Source: Candidatus Pacebacteria bacterium CG2_30_36_39 (lineage in GTDB: Bacteria > Patescibacteriota > Microgenomatia > UBA1400 > PJMF01). From it: a DNA stretch of 64,000 nt. Positions 37,939-48,339 of this stretch are shown here, piece by piece. The stretch spans positions 137,789 to 201,788 of the forward strand of contig MNZB01000003.1 of the NCBI GenBank assembly GCA_001873435.1, written 5' to 3'. The notes below the pieces were generated by a model. That model was given only the letters and a program-made list of their open reading frames with translations, was not told where the DNA came from and did no database searches. Numbering within the stretch: position 1 is the stretch's first letter; each line of letters begins with the position of its first letter. The position numbers and the translations under genes are program-made.

Positions 37939-39611
37939 ACCGTAGGGTGATCATAGACAGTAAATGCTTCCTCTGCCCATTGATCATCAATCGTGACTGG
38001 AATACCTAGCCATTCTAATGATGGACTAGTCTGAAAAACTTTTTCCATTTGATAGTTAGTTTCGCCACCAAACAAGTTTTGATAAAAAATGCTTGTTTGA
38101 GGATATCTATTTGGAATTCTAGAAATACTGGCCCAAGCTCTATTTGAGGACAGAATATAATAATCTGCATTTGCTAGTTCATAATTAATAGTTTCCCATT
38201 TTTGAGTTGAGTCTTGGTCAAATACTGAAATTGCTTTGGCTTGATAATTATTGATTTTTCCAGGGACATAAGCCAATGGCAAAGAATCATCCCAGTACTC
38301 ATAGAGAATCATTGAGTTGTTGGGAACATTTTGATAAATCCATCTAGTGGCTTCTGCCCTAGTAAATGGTTTGACAAAAATATTTGTAAACATCAAAGGC
38401 CAAAACATAATTATGATGATGAGTACGATGGCAGTGGTAAAAGGCTTCTTATTGCCAATAGTTTGTTGGATTCTAGCTGCTCCTAGTCCACCAAAAAAGG
38501 CAAAGAATGGGTAAAGCATGGCGAAGTAGCGTAGGTTTTGTGTGAATTGTGATCCCTGCCAACAAATAAATAGTATTATCCAGATTGAAAGTATTGATAA
38601 AAATGTTTTTGGTCTTTTAATAGTTAGCCAAAGCCAACCAATTAAAATTAACAAGCTTTGCCAAATGCCTATGCCAAAAAAGACCATGTTTTTTAGACTG
38701 AATAGAATTGGGGTTCTATCTAGCCATTGCATGGATGGTGGAAACCAAGTATCTGGTTTTGACCATGATTGGAGTGTTTGTAAGTTTTTTATAAAGGCTG
38801 GAGAAATTTGAGGATCTAGCCATGAATTATTGAAAAAATAATCTGGATTTAAAATTCTTAGGGTTACGTAACTAACTAAGCCAAAAAATAGTCCATTTCT
38901 TAATAACAACCAGATTGATTGCCATAGTTTTTTTTTATTTAAAACTGTTTGCCAAATAAAAACTGCAGCAAGTAAGGGTGCGTAATAAATGGCTGATGAT
39001 TTGCTGGCTAGTGCCATGCCCCAAAAAATTCCAGCTAGTTGAATAAAAAATATTTCAATAAAGATGTTATTTGATTTTTTAATAGCTGCAAAAATGCTTA
39101 ACAAACTAGCTAAGCAAAAAAAAGTAACAAAAGGATCAACTGTAAAGAAGTGAGAGAGTTGAATAGGTAGAACCATTAAGGCATAGATGAGAGTTGCCCA
39201 GAGAGAGGTTTTTTTTGGTAAATTAAATTTTTGAGTAAAATAGCGAGCCAACAAAAAGACAAGAACAATGGTGCCTGTTTCCAAGATAATATTTATTGTT
39301 CTGCCAAGCAAAACAAATGGTAAAAAGGCATCCTTTGTGTGAGTGAGTTGGGCGATCACTTTAATAACAGTTAATGGAAAACTGCCATAGACATAAAATT
39401 GATAGGAAGTATTTTTAACTCTCAGGGGTGAGTCTGAAGAGAAATATTCGTTTAGATTTTTGGGAATTTTTAGTTCTTGAGCAACCATGACCAAAAATCT
39501 TTCATCTGGATGCATGAAAGTGCCTTGATCCCAGTAAATTCCTAAAACTCTTATAAAAAAGCCTAGTAAGACCAAGGTGACTAGAGAAAGAAATGCTTTC
39601 ACGTATTTCAT
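37908..39611 (-). CDS. GT-C fold glycosyltransferase (ArnT/PMT-like, COG1807-type)
   Basis: HPDERF DE-motif in the first periplasmic loop, ~12 TM helices. 567 aa. Confidence 0.6.
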   Translation of the reverse strand: MKYVKAFLSLVTLVLLGFFIRVLGIYWDQGTFMHPDERFLVMVAQELKIPKNLNEYFSSDSPLRVKNTSYQFYVYGSFPLTVIKVIAQLTHTKDAFLPFVLLGRTINIILETGTIVLVFLLARYFTQKFNLPKKTSLWATLIYALMVLPIQLSHFFTVDPFVTFFCLASLLSIFAAIKKSNNIFIEIFFIQLAGIFWGMALASKSSAIYYAPLLAAVFIWQTVLNKKKLWQSIWLLLRNGLFFGLVSYVTLRILNPDYFFNNSWLDPQISPAFIKNLQTLQSWSKPDTWFPPSMQWLDRTPILFSLKNMVFFGIGIWQSLLILIGWLWLTIKRPKTFLSILSIWIILFICWQGSQFTQNLRYFAMLYPFFAFFGGLGAARIQQTIGNKKPFTTAIVLIIIIMFWPLMFTNIFVKPFTRAEATRWIYQNVPNNSMILYEYWDDSLPLAYVPGKINNYQAKAISVFDQDSTQKWETINYELANADYYILSSNRAWASISRIPNRYPQTSIFYQNLFGGETNYQMEKVFQTSPSLEWLGIPVTIDDQWAEEAFTVYDHPTVYIFRNKSKN

Positions 39612-39688
39612 TATAACGGAGTCTTTTTTTCCTAGTTACTGGGTTTTCAATCTCTCTTTTTACCTGATATTTTGGTATATTCGAGCGT

Positions 39689-41788
39689 ATGTTTTTAAAT
39701 GGTATTTACTTATTATTTTTAGCCACTTCTACATTACTTTTTCAAATTCTTGGTTTTGCTTTGCTAAATTTATTTTTGCCTAAAAAAAGAATGACAGCTG
39801 AAGTATGGGCTTGGGGGAGAATTGTCGGTTGGTTAGTTATTGGTTTGTTTATGTGGTTTTTGGGTCATTTGTTACCTTTTAATACTGATTTGGGTTTTTG
39901 GTTGATTTTTATATTTACGTATTTTGTTGTATTTATTAAAAATAAAGAGTTGAAGAGTGAATTAAAACAATTTGTTGCAAAGTTTAAAAAAGAAATAATT
40001 TTATTTGAACTAATATTTTTATTTGGTTTTATATTTCTTGGTTTGATGAGAACTTATAATCCTCAGGTTTTAGATTTAGAAAAATTTATGGATGGTGGTT
40101 TAATGCAGCGCTATTTAGTTTCCCCTACCCTTCCTATTCAGGATATGTGGCTGGCTGGTGAAAAAATTAATTATTATACTTTTGGTCATTTTTTAGGAAG
40201 CTTGATGCTGCGGTTTTGGAAGTTGCCAATGGAATGGGGCTACAATATTTTATTAGCTTATATTCTTGGCTTGATGTGTATAGAGTCTTTTGCTTTTGGC
40301 AGAATTTTATTAAAGCCTTTCATTGCTCAGGCTCCAAAAAAACATCTCAAAAGAAATGCTTTTTTACTAACTTTTATTGGTTTACTTTCAATGCTTTTGG
40401 TAAATTTTGCTGGCAATACCCACCCACTTTGGTATCTTATTAAGAATGGGAGTTTTGACAAATATTGGTATCCAGACGCAACTAGATTCATTGAAAGAAC
40501 TATCCACGAATTTCCAGCTTATAGTTATATAGTTAGCGATTTGCATGCTCATGTTTGGGCAATGCCAATCGTTATTTTGATGCTGTTTATTGCTTGGGAA
40601 TGGAAATTGAGTTTGGCTGAAGAAAAGAAATATCTTTCATTTCGTTCGAAACTTGGCGATTTTAAATCTTTAAAAATTGGTAGTTTATTAAATCAGTCAT
40701 ATTTTCGTGAATCTTTGGCTATGGGTGCTATTTTGGGAATTTTAGCAATGACTAGTACCTGGGATACCATGATCTATGGTTTGTTTTTAGCTGTACTTGG
40801 TGTGTTTTTGCTGTTGGAATTTACTGAAAAATTTTGGTTATTTGTTTTTTCTGCTATAGCAGTTGGTTTGGCAGCTATTGTTAGTGTTAGTTTATGGATG
40901 TTAAATTTTACCTCCATTTCTCAGGGAGTATTTTTGGCTTATGAGCATTCACCATTTTGGCAATTAATTGCTTTATGGGGAGGACATTTTTTATTTAGTT
41001 TATTGAGTTTAATATTTGTAGCAATGATTAAGTTTTCCCCAAAATTAAAACCTAGTTATATATTTTTATTGAGTATGGGTATTACAGCTTTTATTTTATT
41101 AGTTTTACCAGAATTGATTTATTTTAAAGATATATACCCCAATCATCCTAGGGCTAACACGATGTTTAAGTTTACTTTTCAAGCTTTTATTTTGATGAGT
41201 TTCTTAATCAGTTGGGGTTTTGGTATGTTGCTGCAAAAATCTACTAAATCTTTAATTTCTTTATTATTAAAAATCTTAGTTTTAATTTTTGTAGGAGGTT
41301 TTTTTCTTGTTGCTTTGTGTTTTCCTTTTTTGGGTTATCCGAGTTACTATGGTCACTTTAAAACTAATGATGGTTGGGATGGCTTGAGTTGGATGAAACG
41401 TGAAACTCCAGCCGATTATCAAGCTATTTTATGGTTAAGAAAAAATGTAGATCCTAATGCAATTATTTTGGAGGCTGTAGGAGAGAGTTATAGTAAAAAA
41501 GCTAGAGTATCTGTTTTTACTGGTATGCCTACAGTGCTTGGTTGGAGGGTTCATGAATGGTTATGGAGAGGTGGATTTGCAATACCTGGTCAAAGAACTA
41601 CTGAGGTAGCCAAAATTTTTGAACAGCCAAATTCTGTGGAGGCTTCAAATCTATTAAATCAATATAAAGTGAAATATATTTTTGTAGGTTCTCAAGAAAA
41701 AATAGTTTATAAATTAAATCATGATTTGTTAGTTGATTTGGGTAAAGTGATTTATTCTAAGGATGGAGTTTATATTATTGAAAGATAA
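39689..41788 (+). CDS. DUF2298 / Chlor_Arch_YYY family polytopic membrane protein (putative GT-C glycosyltransferase)
   Basis: MWLAGEKINYYTFGHFLG matches the family-defining YYY motif region. ~16 TM helices and a C-terminal soluble domain. Confidence 0.5.
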   Translation: MFLNGIYLLFLATSTLLFQILGFALLNLFLPKKRMTAEVWAWGRIVGWLVIGLFMWFLGHLLPFNTDLGFWLIFIFTYFVVFIKNKELKSELKQFVAKFKKEIILFELIFLFGFIFLGLMRTYNPQVLDLEKFMDGGLMQRYLVSPTLPIQDMWLAGEKINYYTFGHFLGSLMLRFWKLPMEWGYNILLAYILGLMCIESFAFGRILLKPFIAQAPKKHLKRNAFLLTFIGLLSMLLVNFAGNTHPLWYLIKNGSFDKYWYPDATRFIERTIHEFPAYSYIVSDLHAHVWAMPIVILMLFIAWEWKLSLAEEKKYLSFRSKLGDFKSLKIGSLLNQSYFRESLAMGAILGILAMTSTWDTMIYGLFLAVLGVFLLLEFTEKFWLFVFSAIAVGLAAIVSVSLWMLNFTSISQGVFLAYEHSPFWQLIALWGGHFLFSLLSLIFVAMIKFSPKLKPSYIFLLSMGITAFILLVLPELIYFKDIYPNHPRANTMFKFTFQAFILMSFLISWGFGMLLQKSTKSLISLLLKILVLIFVGGFFLVALCFPFLGYPSYYGHFKTNDGWDGLSWMKRETPADYQAILWLRKNVDPNAIILEAVGESYSKKARVSVFTGMPTVLGWRVHEWLWRGGFAIPGQRTTEVAKIFEQPNSVEASNLLNQYKVKYIFVGSQEKIVYKLNHDLLVDLGKVIYSKDGVYIIER

Positions 41789-41790
41789 TT

Positions 41791-42579
41791 ATGTTGATTG
41801 TTTTTACACTCATTCCAGTTTTAGCAATTTTGGCAGCATTATTTGTTTATAGGCACAATGGTAAAAAAGAGATTTTACGTTTTGATATGGTGCAGTTTTT
41901 TTATGCTTTTATCTTGATGCCCACTGTTTATGTGTGGTTTAAAGGTTTTTTATATTTATTATTAAAAACTGAATTAAATCAAAAAATTTCTCAACAAGAA
42001 TTGTTTTTTTACGATACTGCTTATTCTATTTTTTTCCTTTTTATCTTTGCTTTTGCTGTTATTCATTCTTTAACAAAAAGCTTTGAGCTAAAAATAAAAA
42101 AAGATCCTCTTTATGATTTGTTTGAGCATTCTGAGTACTATCATCTTTGGTTGTCTCACACCATTTTTTTTGTTGGTTCAATGATTCTATCTACTTCATT
42201 GGCTATTTTTAATATTTGGTTTGATTTGCCAATTGTATTTCCTAAAGCTATTTTCTATTTTATTCTTCTAACTACTCCATTTGTTGCTATGGCTGTTTTT
42301 AAAGTATTTAAAATTTCAGATTTTGGTGATTTTCGTTTTTTAAAATTAATGAAACTTTTTAATGGATTATTCTTTTTAATTCATGGAGTTTTGTTTATTG
42401 TTTTTGAGCCTGTTTTTATGAGTGAAAAACTTATGTATTGGTATTTGACTAATGTTTTTGGCTTCCTATCTTTGATCTCTATTTTTCATTCTCCAGAGCC
42501 AAAGCCAGATTCTTTGCGTAAGAGAATAGCTTATAAGGCTAAGGTTGTAGTTGGAAAATTAATTCATTCTAAAAAATAA
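41791..42579 (+). CDS. Polytopic membrane protein, unknown function
   Basis: ORF with 6-7 hydrophobic helices, 3-nt gap to the upstream gene. Confidence 0.4.
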   Translation: MLIVFTLIPVLAILAALFVYRHNGKKEILRFDMVQFFYAFILMPTVYVWFKGFLYLLLKTELNQKISQQELFFYDTAYSIFFLFIFAFAVIHSLTKSFELKIKKDPLYDLFEHSEYYHLWLSHTIFFVGSMILSTSLAIFNIWFDLPIVFPKAIFYFILLTTPFVAMAVFKVFKISDFGDFRFLKLMKLFNGLFFLIHGVLFIVFEPVFMSEKLMYWYLTNVFGFLSLISIFHSPEPKPDSLRKRIAYKAKVVVGKLIHSKK

Positions 42580-42620
42580 AAAAAAGAGGGCAACCAATGG
42601 TTACCCTCTTTACATATTTT
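42570..42620. terminator. Bidirectional intrinsic terminator between convergent genes
   Basis: aagagggcaacc-aat-ggttaccctctt hairpin flanked by A-tract and T-rich tail. Confidence 0.55.
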
Positions 42621-42631
42621 CTTCTATATTT

Positions 42632-43429
42632 TTAACGACTTATTTCGTAAATAACGGTCACTGTTTTACTTAGTTCTTGTGAACCTGGCTCAACACCAAT
42701 ACTTTCTGCTAGATCCATACCACCTCCAGCCATTGGTAGAGCTGATTTATACATTATTGGATAAGTGCTGCCCATATATCCTTCACTAACTTGCAAGACT
42801 CTGCGGATTTTTTGCTTGGATCCTTCAAGTAGTAAATTAGCTTTTTCTTCGGCATTTGACATAGCTTTGGCTAATAATTCTCTTTCAAGTCCGTCAGTGT
42901 CGCCTGCTTGAAAATTTGGGCCATAAACATCAGTTGCTCCAGAATCCATTAGTAAAGTAGCAAAGTCAGATGCTTTGCTGATATCAGTAATAGTTACTAC
43001 TACTGTATTTGAAGCTCGCCATTTCTTCTCTGTTTTAGTTGGTCTCCCTGGATACATCATATCTATTTCTTGAGTATAAATAGGCTCCTCATACTCATAG
43101 ACACTTAGATTTTGAGTTTTAATATCTTTTGCTTCTATTCCAAAATTTTTAATTTGTTCAATTAAGCTATTGGTTTTTTCTGTTAATTCCTTAACAGCTA
43201 CTGTTTTATCTACATTTTCAGCAGTAACAGTGGCATTAAAACTAGCTTTTTGGTTTAGTTGTGAGCCATCTGCTGTGCCAGTAACAGTAATGGTTGAAGG
43301 ACTGGCTAATTGTAGCGTTCCCCATTCGAAACCTTGGTATTGAGTCCACCAGAAGGTAAGACCAATGATAGCTAATACAAATAGGGTTTTAGGAAACCCA
43401 TGAGAACAGTTTGGCATTTGCATATGCAT
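42632..43429 (-). CDS. SIMPL/DUF541 (BP26-like) family secreted protein
   Basis: N-terminal signal/TM. Two-lobe ~230-aa domain with conserved C-terminal region typical of DUF541. Confidence 0.45.
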   Translation of the reverse strand: MHMQMPNCSHGFPKTLFVLAIIGLTFWWTQYQGFEWGTLQLASPSTITVTGTADGSQLNQKASFNATVTAENVDKTVAVKELTEKTNSLIEQIKNFGIEAKDIKTQNLSVYEYEEPIYTQEIDMMYPGRPTKTEKKWRASNTVVVTITDISKASDFATLLMDSGATDVYGPNFQAGDTDGLERELLAKAMSNAEEKANLLLEGSKQKIRRVLQVSEGYMGSTYPIMYKSALPMAGGGMDLAESIGVEPGSQELSKTVTVIYEISR

Positions 43430-43469
43430 CTACTATACCTAAATTAATAGGAAAATGCATGATGCCTAT

Positions 43470-44372
43470 TTAAGGGGAGATTTTTTGACTATATTGATTA
43501 GCAATCCAGCCTATTTGACCATCAAAATCTATGGCGAACCATTCGCCACTTTGCTCTCGATAAGGGTAGCTTTGGCCAACTTTAGCAAAACCTATTTCTG
43601 TTCCAGCTGAGCTAGGAGAATTTCTAACTCTAAGAACTTCTTGGCCCTCAACAAAAAAACCAGTGCTTAGGATTTGCACTTTTGCATCGCTATTTCCAAG
43701 CAAGCTACTAGTATTTGGTTTGGCAGAGTCTGTTGCAATACCTGTTTCAGTGGCTTCTGGATTTGTTTCTGCTGGAATATTGGGAATTATTTCTTGCGGT
43801 GGGACTATTGGAGTGAGCTCTTTGCCCAGAATGATTGTGAGTTTAATTGAGTGGTTTTTAATGACATTAACCGCTCGTTGCTGAGTTTGATATGAAGGTA
43901 AGCTTACTTCAAAAGTATGATTGCCTTCAGATACATCCATGGTCAATGGACTGAATTGTTTAGTGCCTTCATCAACAGTTATGATGGCATTATTAGGGAT
44001 GCTTTCAAATTCTAATGTAGTTTGACCATTTTTTGATTTATCCATCTCAAAAACTACACCACCAGTGGTTTCTAGGCTGCTAGATGGATTCCAATCAACA
44101 ACGGTAATCATGCCCTTGCGTAAGACTACTGGGATATCATATGGAACCAAACTTTTATCATCTGGTTGGATGCGTAAATTATAGTTTCCAGGTTTAATTT
44201 TTTTATTGATAAAAGGTGTTTTATCCAAATATTGATCGTCAAGGAAAAGACTAGCTGGGATTTCATTGGTTATGACTTGTAATCCAGCTTGTTGTTTAAA
44301 TTCCAATGGATTGCAGCCAGCTAAAAAAATACTTGTAAAGACAGCAAAAAAAAGAAATAGAATTTTTCTCAT
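43470..44372 (-). CDS. Lipoprotein with PEGA-like beta-sandwich repeats and C-terminal SH3b-like domain
   Basis: Lipobox FLAGC after signal peptide (start taken at MRKILFLFF...). C-terminal ...GEWFAIDFDGQIGWIANQY SH3b-like. Confidence 0.45.
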   Translation of the reverse strand: MRKILFLFFAVFTSIFLAGCNPLEFKQQAGLQVITNEIPASLFLDDQYLDKTPFINKKIKPGNYNLRIQPDDKSLVPYDIPVVLRKGMITVVDWNPSSSLETTGGVVFEMDKSKNGQTTLEFESIPNNAIITVDEGTKQFSPLTMDVSEGNHTFEVSLPSYQTQQRAVNVIKNHSIKLTIILGKELTPIVPPQEIIPNIPAETNPEATETGIATDSAKPNTSSLLGNSDAKVQILSTGFFVEGQEVLRVRNSPSSAGTEIGFAKVGQSYPYREQSGEWFAIDFDGQIGWIANQYSQKISP

Positions 44373-44394
44373 CTGTTGATAGTGTACCAGACTT

Positions 44395-46758
44395 TTAAAG
44401 TGGTTTAACAAGAGCAATTTTGAGTACTTCTTCGATCATAGCTACTGGTTTAAAAGTAATAACTTTTTTAACTGAATCTGGAATTTTTTCCAAATCTCTC
44501 TTGTTTTCAGCTGGAATGATAATAGTTGTAATGCCAGCTCGGTGAGCTGCAATGCTTTTCTCTTTTAGACCACCAATTCTTAAAACTTTTCCTCTTAAAG
44601 TAATTTCTCCGGTCATAGCAACTGTGCGTTTAACTGGGATTTTTGTTAAAGCAGATACTAAGGCTGTGGTTAGGGTTACACCGGCAGAAGGTCCATCTTT
44701 TGGTACTGCTCCCTCTGGAACATGGATGTGGATATCTGTTTCTTCTATTTTCTTTTGAGTTATTTTTAATTCTTTGAGATGGGATTTGACAAAAGTTAAA
44801 GCTGCTTGAGCAGATTCTTTCATTACATCTCCTAATTGGCCAGTGAGCTGAATTTTTCCTTTACCAGGAGAAAGAGCTACTTCGATAAAAAGAATATCTC
44901 CCCCCACTGGTGTCCATGCTAATCCTGTGGCTGCACCAGTTAAGTTTTTCTTTTCAGCTAGTCCCTCATCGTAGTCTTTTGGTCCTAAGAATTTTTTTAA
45001 ATCCTTGGTTTCAATGGCAATCTTCTTTTTACGTGGTTTGAGCACTAATTCTTTGGCAACTTTTCTGGCTAAATTATGGATGGTTCTTTCCAGACTGCGA
45101 ACACCAGCTTCTCTGGTATAACCAGAAATAATGGCTTCAATGGTGGCTGTAGGAATAACAACATTTTCCATACTTAGGCCATTACTGGTTACTACTTTTT
45201 CCAATAAGTGTTTTTCAGCAATTTGTAGTTTTTCTTCAGGAGTGTAGCCAGAATATCTAATTATTTCCAAACGATCTCTTAGAGCTGGAGGAATAGTATC
45301 AAGAGTGTTTGCAGTGGTAATAAAAATAGTTTGTGAGAGATCAAATGGTAAATCTAAATAGTGATCCACAAATTCTTTGTTTTGTTCTGGATCTAGAACT
45401 TCTAGTAAGGCAGACGCAGGATCACCCCTGAAGTCATTACCGATTTTGTCTATTTCATCTAGCATAAAGACTGGATTCATAGATTGAGCTTGTTTGATGC
45501 CAGCAATAATTTTTCCAGTCATAGCACCAACATAAGTTTTGCGATGGCCTCTTATTTCGGCTTCATCTCTAATGCCACCAAGAGAAACTTTAACAAATTT
45601 TCGATTTAAAGCTTCTGCGATAGAACGACCGATGCTGGTTTTACCAACTCCGGGTGGTCCAACAAAACATAAGATTGTAGGAGTTTGTTGTTTATTGTTT
45701 TTGATATTTTTTTGCTGTAGTTGTAATACAGCGATATATTCAAGAACTCTATCTTTTACTTCTTGTAGGCCATGATGGTGGAGATCAAGAATTTTTGCTG
45801 ATTCTTTTAAATCAACTTTGTTATTAGTAGTTTTTCCCCAAGGTAAATCAAAAACTATGTCCAACCAAGATCTAATATATCCACTTTCTGGATTATTAGG
45901 AGACATTTGTCTTAAGCGTTTAACTTCTTTTTTTATTTTTTGTTTAGTTTCGGCATCAACTTTTAGTTTTTTAAGTTTAGCCAAATACGCATCAGCTGCC
46001 TCATCTTCATCATCTATTTCGCCTAGTTCTTTTTGAATAGTTCTTAGGCGTTCGCGCAAAATTGTTTCACGCATATGTTTATCAAATTGTTCTTGAGTTT
46101 TGAAAACAACGTCTTTTTCTATTTCTAAAACTTTGATTTCTCTAGTTAAATGATGAGTTACGATTTTTAGTCTCTCTTTAACATCGATGGTTTCCAAGAT
46201 TGATTGTTTGATTGTGGTATCAATGCTTAGAGTGCTAGCAATTTGGTCTGCTAATTCTCCAGCCTTGACTCCACCAAGGAGTTTCATGAAGTTTAAAAAT
46301 TCGACTTGCTTGCCCATTTGAACAGTTTTACGGAATGATTTTTGTAGATTGTTGGCTAGGGCTTTAGTTTCATCATCACTATTTTCTATGTCATTAATTC
46401 TGATAACCTGAGCCTCTAGATATGGACTTGATTGAGTGAAATGTTGAATTTTAACTCTGCCAATTCCTCTAACTAAGGCGTTGACAATGTTTTCTGTTTT
46501 AATTGTTCTTTCAACTATGGCCAATGTTCCTACTTCATATAGGTCGCTTGGTTTTGGTAAAGCTGTGGTTGATTTTTTTTGTGCGACTAAAACAACTAGT
46601 TTTTGGGGGTTTTTTGCTGCTGCTTTTATTCCAGATAAAGAAATATCTCGACCAAAAGTTAGAACAGATTCAGTCACAGGAAATAGGATTCCCTCTTTAA
46701 GTGGGACTATTGGTAAAAGAAGTTGGCTAGTAAGGCTTTGCGAAGTTTTTTCAGTCAT
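44395..46758 (-). CDS. lon: ATP-dependent Lon protease
   Basis: Lon N domain, AAA+ Walker A GPPGVGKTS, proteolytic Ser motif PKDGPSAGVT. Confidence 0.9.
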   Translation of the reverse strand: MTEKTSQSLTSQLLLPIVPLKEGILFPVTESVLTFGRDISLSGIKAAAKNPQKLVVLVAQKKSTTALPKPSDLYEVGTLAIVERTIKTENIVNALVRGIGRVKIQHFTQSSPYLEAQVIRINDIENSDDETKALANNLQKSFRKTVQMGKQVEFLNFMKLLGGVKAGELADQIASTLSIDTTIKQSILETIDVKERLKIVTHHLTREIKVLEIEKDVVFKTQEQFDKHMRETILRERLRTIQKELGEIDDEDEAADAYLAKLKKLKVDAETKQKIKKEVKRLRQMSPNNPESGYIRSWLDIVFDLPWGKTTNNKVDLKESAKILDLHHHGLQEVKDRVLEYIAVLQLQQKNIKNNKQQTPTILCFVGPPGVGKTSIGRSIAEALNRKFVKVSLGGIRDEAEIRGHRKTYVGAMTGKIIAGIKQAQSMNPVFMLDEIDKIGNDFRGDPASALLEVLDPEQNKEFVDHYLDLPFDLSQTIFITTANTLDTIPPALRDRLEIIRYSGYTPEEKLQIAEKHLLEKVVTSNGLSMENVVIPTATIEAIISGYTREAGVRSLERTIHNLARKVAKELVLKPRKKKIAIETKDLKKFLGPKDYDEGLAEKKNLTGAATGLAWTPVGGDILFIEVALSPGKGKIQLTGQLGDVMKESAQAALTFVKSHLKELKITQKKIEETDIHIHVPEGAVPKDGPSAGVTLTTALVSALTKIPVKRTVAMTGEITLRGKVLRIGGLKEKSIAAHRAGITTIIIPAENKRDLEKIPDSVKKVITFKPVAMIEEVLKIALVKPL

Positions 46759-46877
46759 AACTGACTTTCTTTGCCAGGGTTAGTATATAGAGTATTTAGA
46801 TACTCCCCTTCTAGTGGGTTAGCATTCTATATTTTCGTCTGCTAGATGGCAAGGTTCAAAACTTTAGAAAGCCGTTC

Positions 46878-47432
46878 TTAAGATTTTGTTCGAAACCACT
46901 TGGTTGGTTTTCCCATAATTAGGCTAGTTAAATCCAAATGAGCAATGTGGATCCACCATTCTATAAACATTTTGCTGACAAATACTATGCTGAAAACTGT
47001 GGTTACACCCCAAAGATTAAATGATTGGGGAAAGCCAACTACTACTAAGAAAACTGGTTCAAAGAGATTGGGCAGAACAAATAATAACCATTCTTTGTTA
47101 AATTTGGCAAAAGCTAAAATGCCTACTAGTCTCATGGTGAACAATCCCATGAGCAATAAATAATAAGGTGAGGTTTGTAAAAATTGATAAGTATAAAAAG
47201 CCATAGCAATGTAAAACCATAAATCAAGCCACTTATCATATACTTCATAAGTATCTCGTTGAATGCCAAATGATTCAAACATGTGGCCATCTACAGCATC
47301 AATTAAAATATTGAGCACTGCTCCCCAAAAGGGATTCCAAATCCATAATGTAATTACAGCTATTAAACGAAGAAGAGTCCAGAAACTTATGAAGAAAGAG
47401 AATTTTATTTTATTCTTTTTTTGCTTGCGCAT
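46878..47432 (-). CDS. Small polytopic membrane protein, unknown function
   Basis: 184 aa, 4-5 TM helices. Weak D-x2-DG resemblance only. Confidence 0.35.
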   Translation of the reverse strand: MRKQKKNKIKFSFFISFWTLLRLIAVITLWIWNPFWGAVLNILIDAVDGHMFESFGIQRDTYEVYDKWLDLWFYIAMAFYTYQFLQTSPYYLLLMGLFTMRLVGILAFAKFNKEWLLFVLPNLFEPVFLVVVGFPQSFNLWGVTTVFSIVFVSKMFIEWWIHIAHLDLTSLIMGKPTKWFRTKS

Positions 47433-47462
47433 TTAAACAATAGTGTAACTATAATATGCTCC

Positions 47463-48332
47463 ATGTTTCAACCATGGGTTTTATTAGTTTTGGGTGCATC
47501 CATAACTGGAGCTATCGCCAGAATTTTGCAAAAAAAAGTGATGATGAATCCAAAGCATGATTCAATGGCACTGAGTTTTTTATTTCAGTTTATGGCTGCT
47601 GTTATTTTTTTTATTTACAGTAAAGCAACTAATACTTTTGAAATTCCCAATTTATGGACTGTTTGGCCACATGTCATTGCTATGATTTTTCTTTATGCTG
47701 CTGGTAATATTCTTTCTTTTTTAGCTTTTGAACATGCCGAAGCTTCGGAGGCAAGTATTCTATTTCCTACTAGTACGATTTGGGCAGTCTTAACGGCTGT
47801 TATTTTTCTTGGAGAACAGCTTAGTGTTTGGCAAATCGTGGGAATTGCGGTCGTAATTTTGGGTATTATATTTACCTATTTTGAGAAATCGAGTTGGAGG
47901 TTTAATAAAGGTCATGTTTTTGCTTTATTGAGTTCTTTTTTATACGGAATTGCTTTTACCAATGATGTTTATATTTTGAAATTATTCCAATCAGTTTCTT
48001 CTTATATGTTTATGATTTTTCTTTTACCCTCTTTGGTAATTTTATTTTTTAAGCCAAAGCTAACCAAATCTTTGGCTTCATATTTTTCTTCAATAAAAAT
48101 TTCAAATATGCTTATTAGTGCAGTAGTGCTTTATTGTTTTTCTTCTATTGCCTATTTTACTGCTTATAAGGTTGGCGGTCAGGCTTCATTAATTTCTCCA
48201 ATATTTCAAACGAGCGTTATTCTTACGGTTTTCTTAAGTGTCTTTTTCTTGGGTGAACGCAAACATCTTTTGCAGAAGGCCATTGGTTCTTTAGTAACTA
48301 TTGCTGGGGTAATTCTTTTAATAACAACATAA
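47463..48332 (+). CDS. EamA/DMT-superfamily transporter
   Basis: 10 TM helices in two 5-TM repeats. Internal start chosen to avoid overlap with the divergent gene. Confidence 0.55.
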   Translation: MFQPWVLLVLGASITGAIARILQKKVMMNPKHDSMALSFLFQFMAAVIFFIYSKATNTFEIPNLWTVWPHVIAMIFLYAAGNILSFLAFEHAEASEASILFPTSTIWAVLTAVIFLGEQLSVWQIVGIAVVILGIIFTYFEKSSWRFNKGHVFALLSSFLYGIAFTNDVYILKLFQSVSSYMFMIFLLPSLVILFFKPKLTKSLASYFSSIKISNMLISAVVLYCFSSIAYFTAYKVGGQASLISPIFQTSVILTVFLSVFFLGERKHLLQKAIGSLVTIAGVILLITT

Positions 48333-48339
48333 AGTTACT

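Noticed and set aside
46878-47432. CDP-alcohol phosphatidyltransferase call for the 184-aa membrane protein
   Set aside because: Only a partial D-x2-DG match (DAVDGHMFES) without the downstream AR...G...D...D. Left as an unknown membrane protein.
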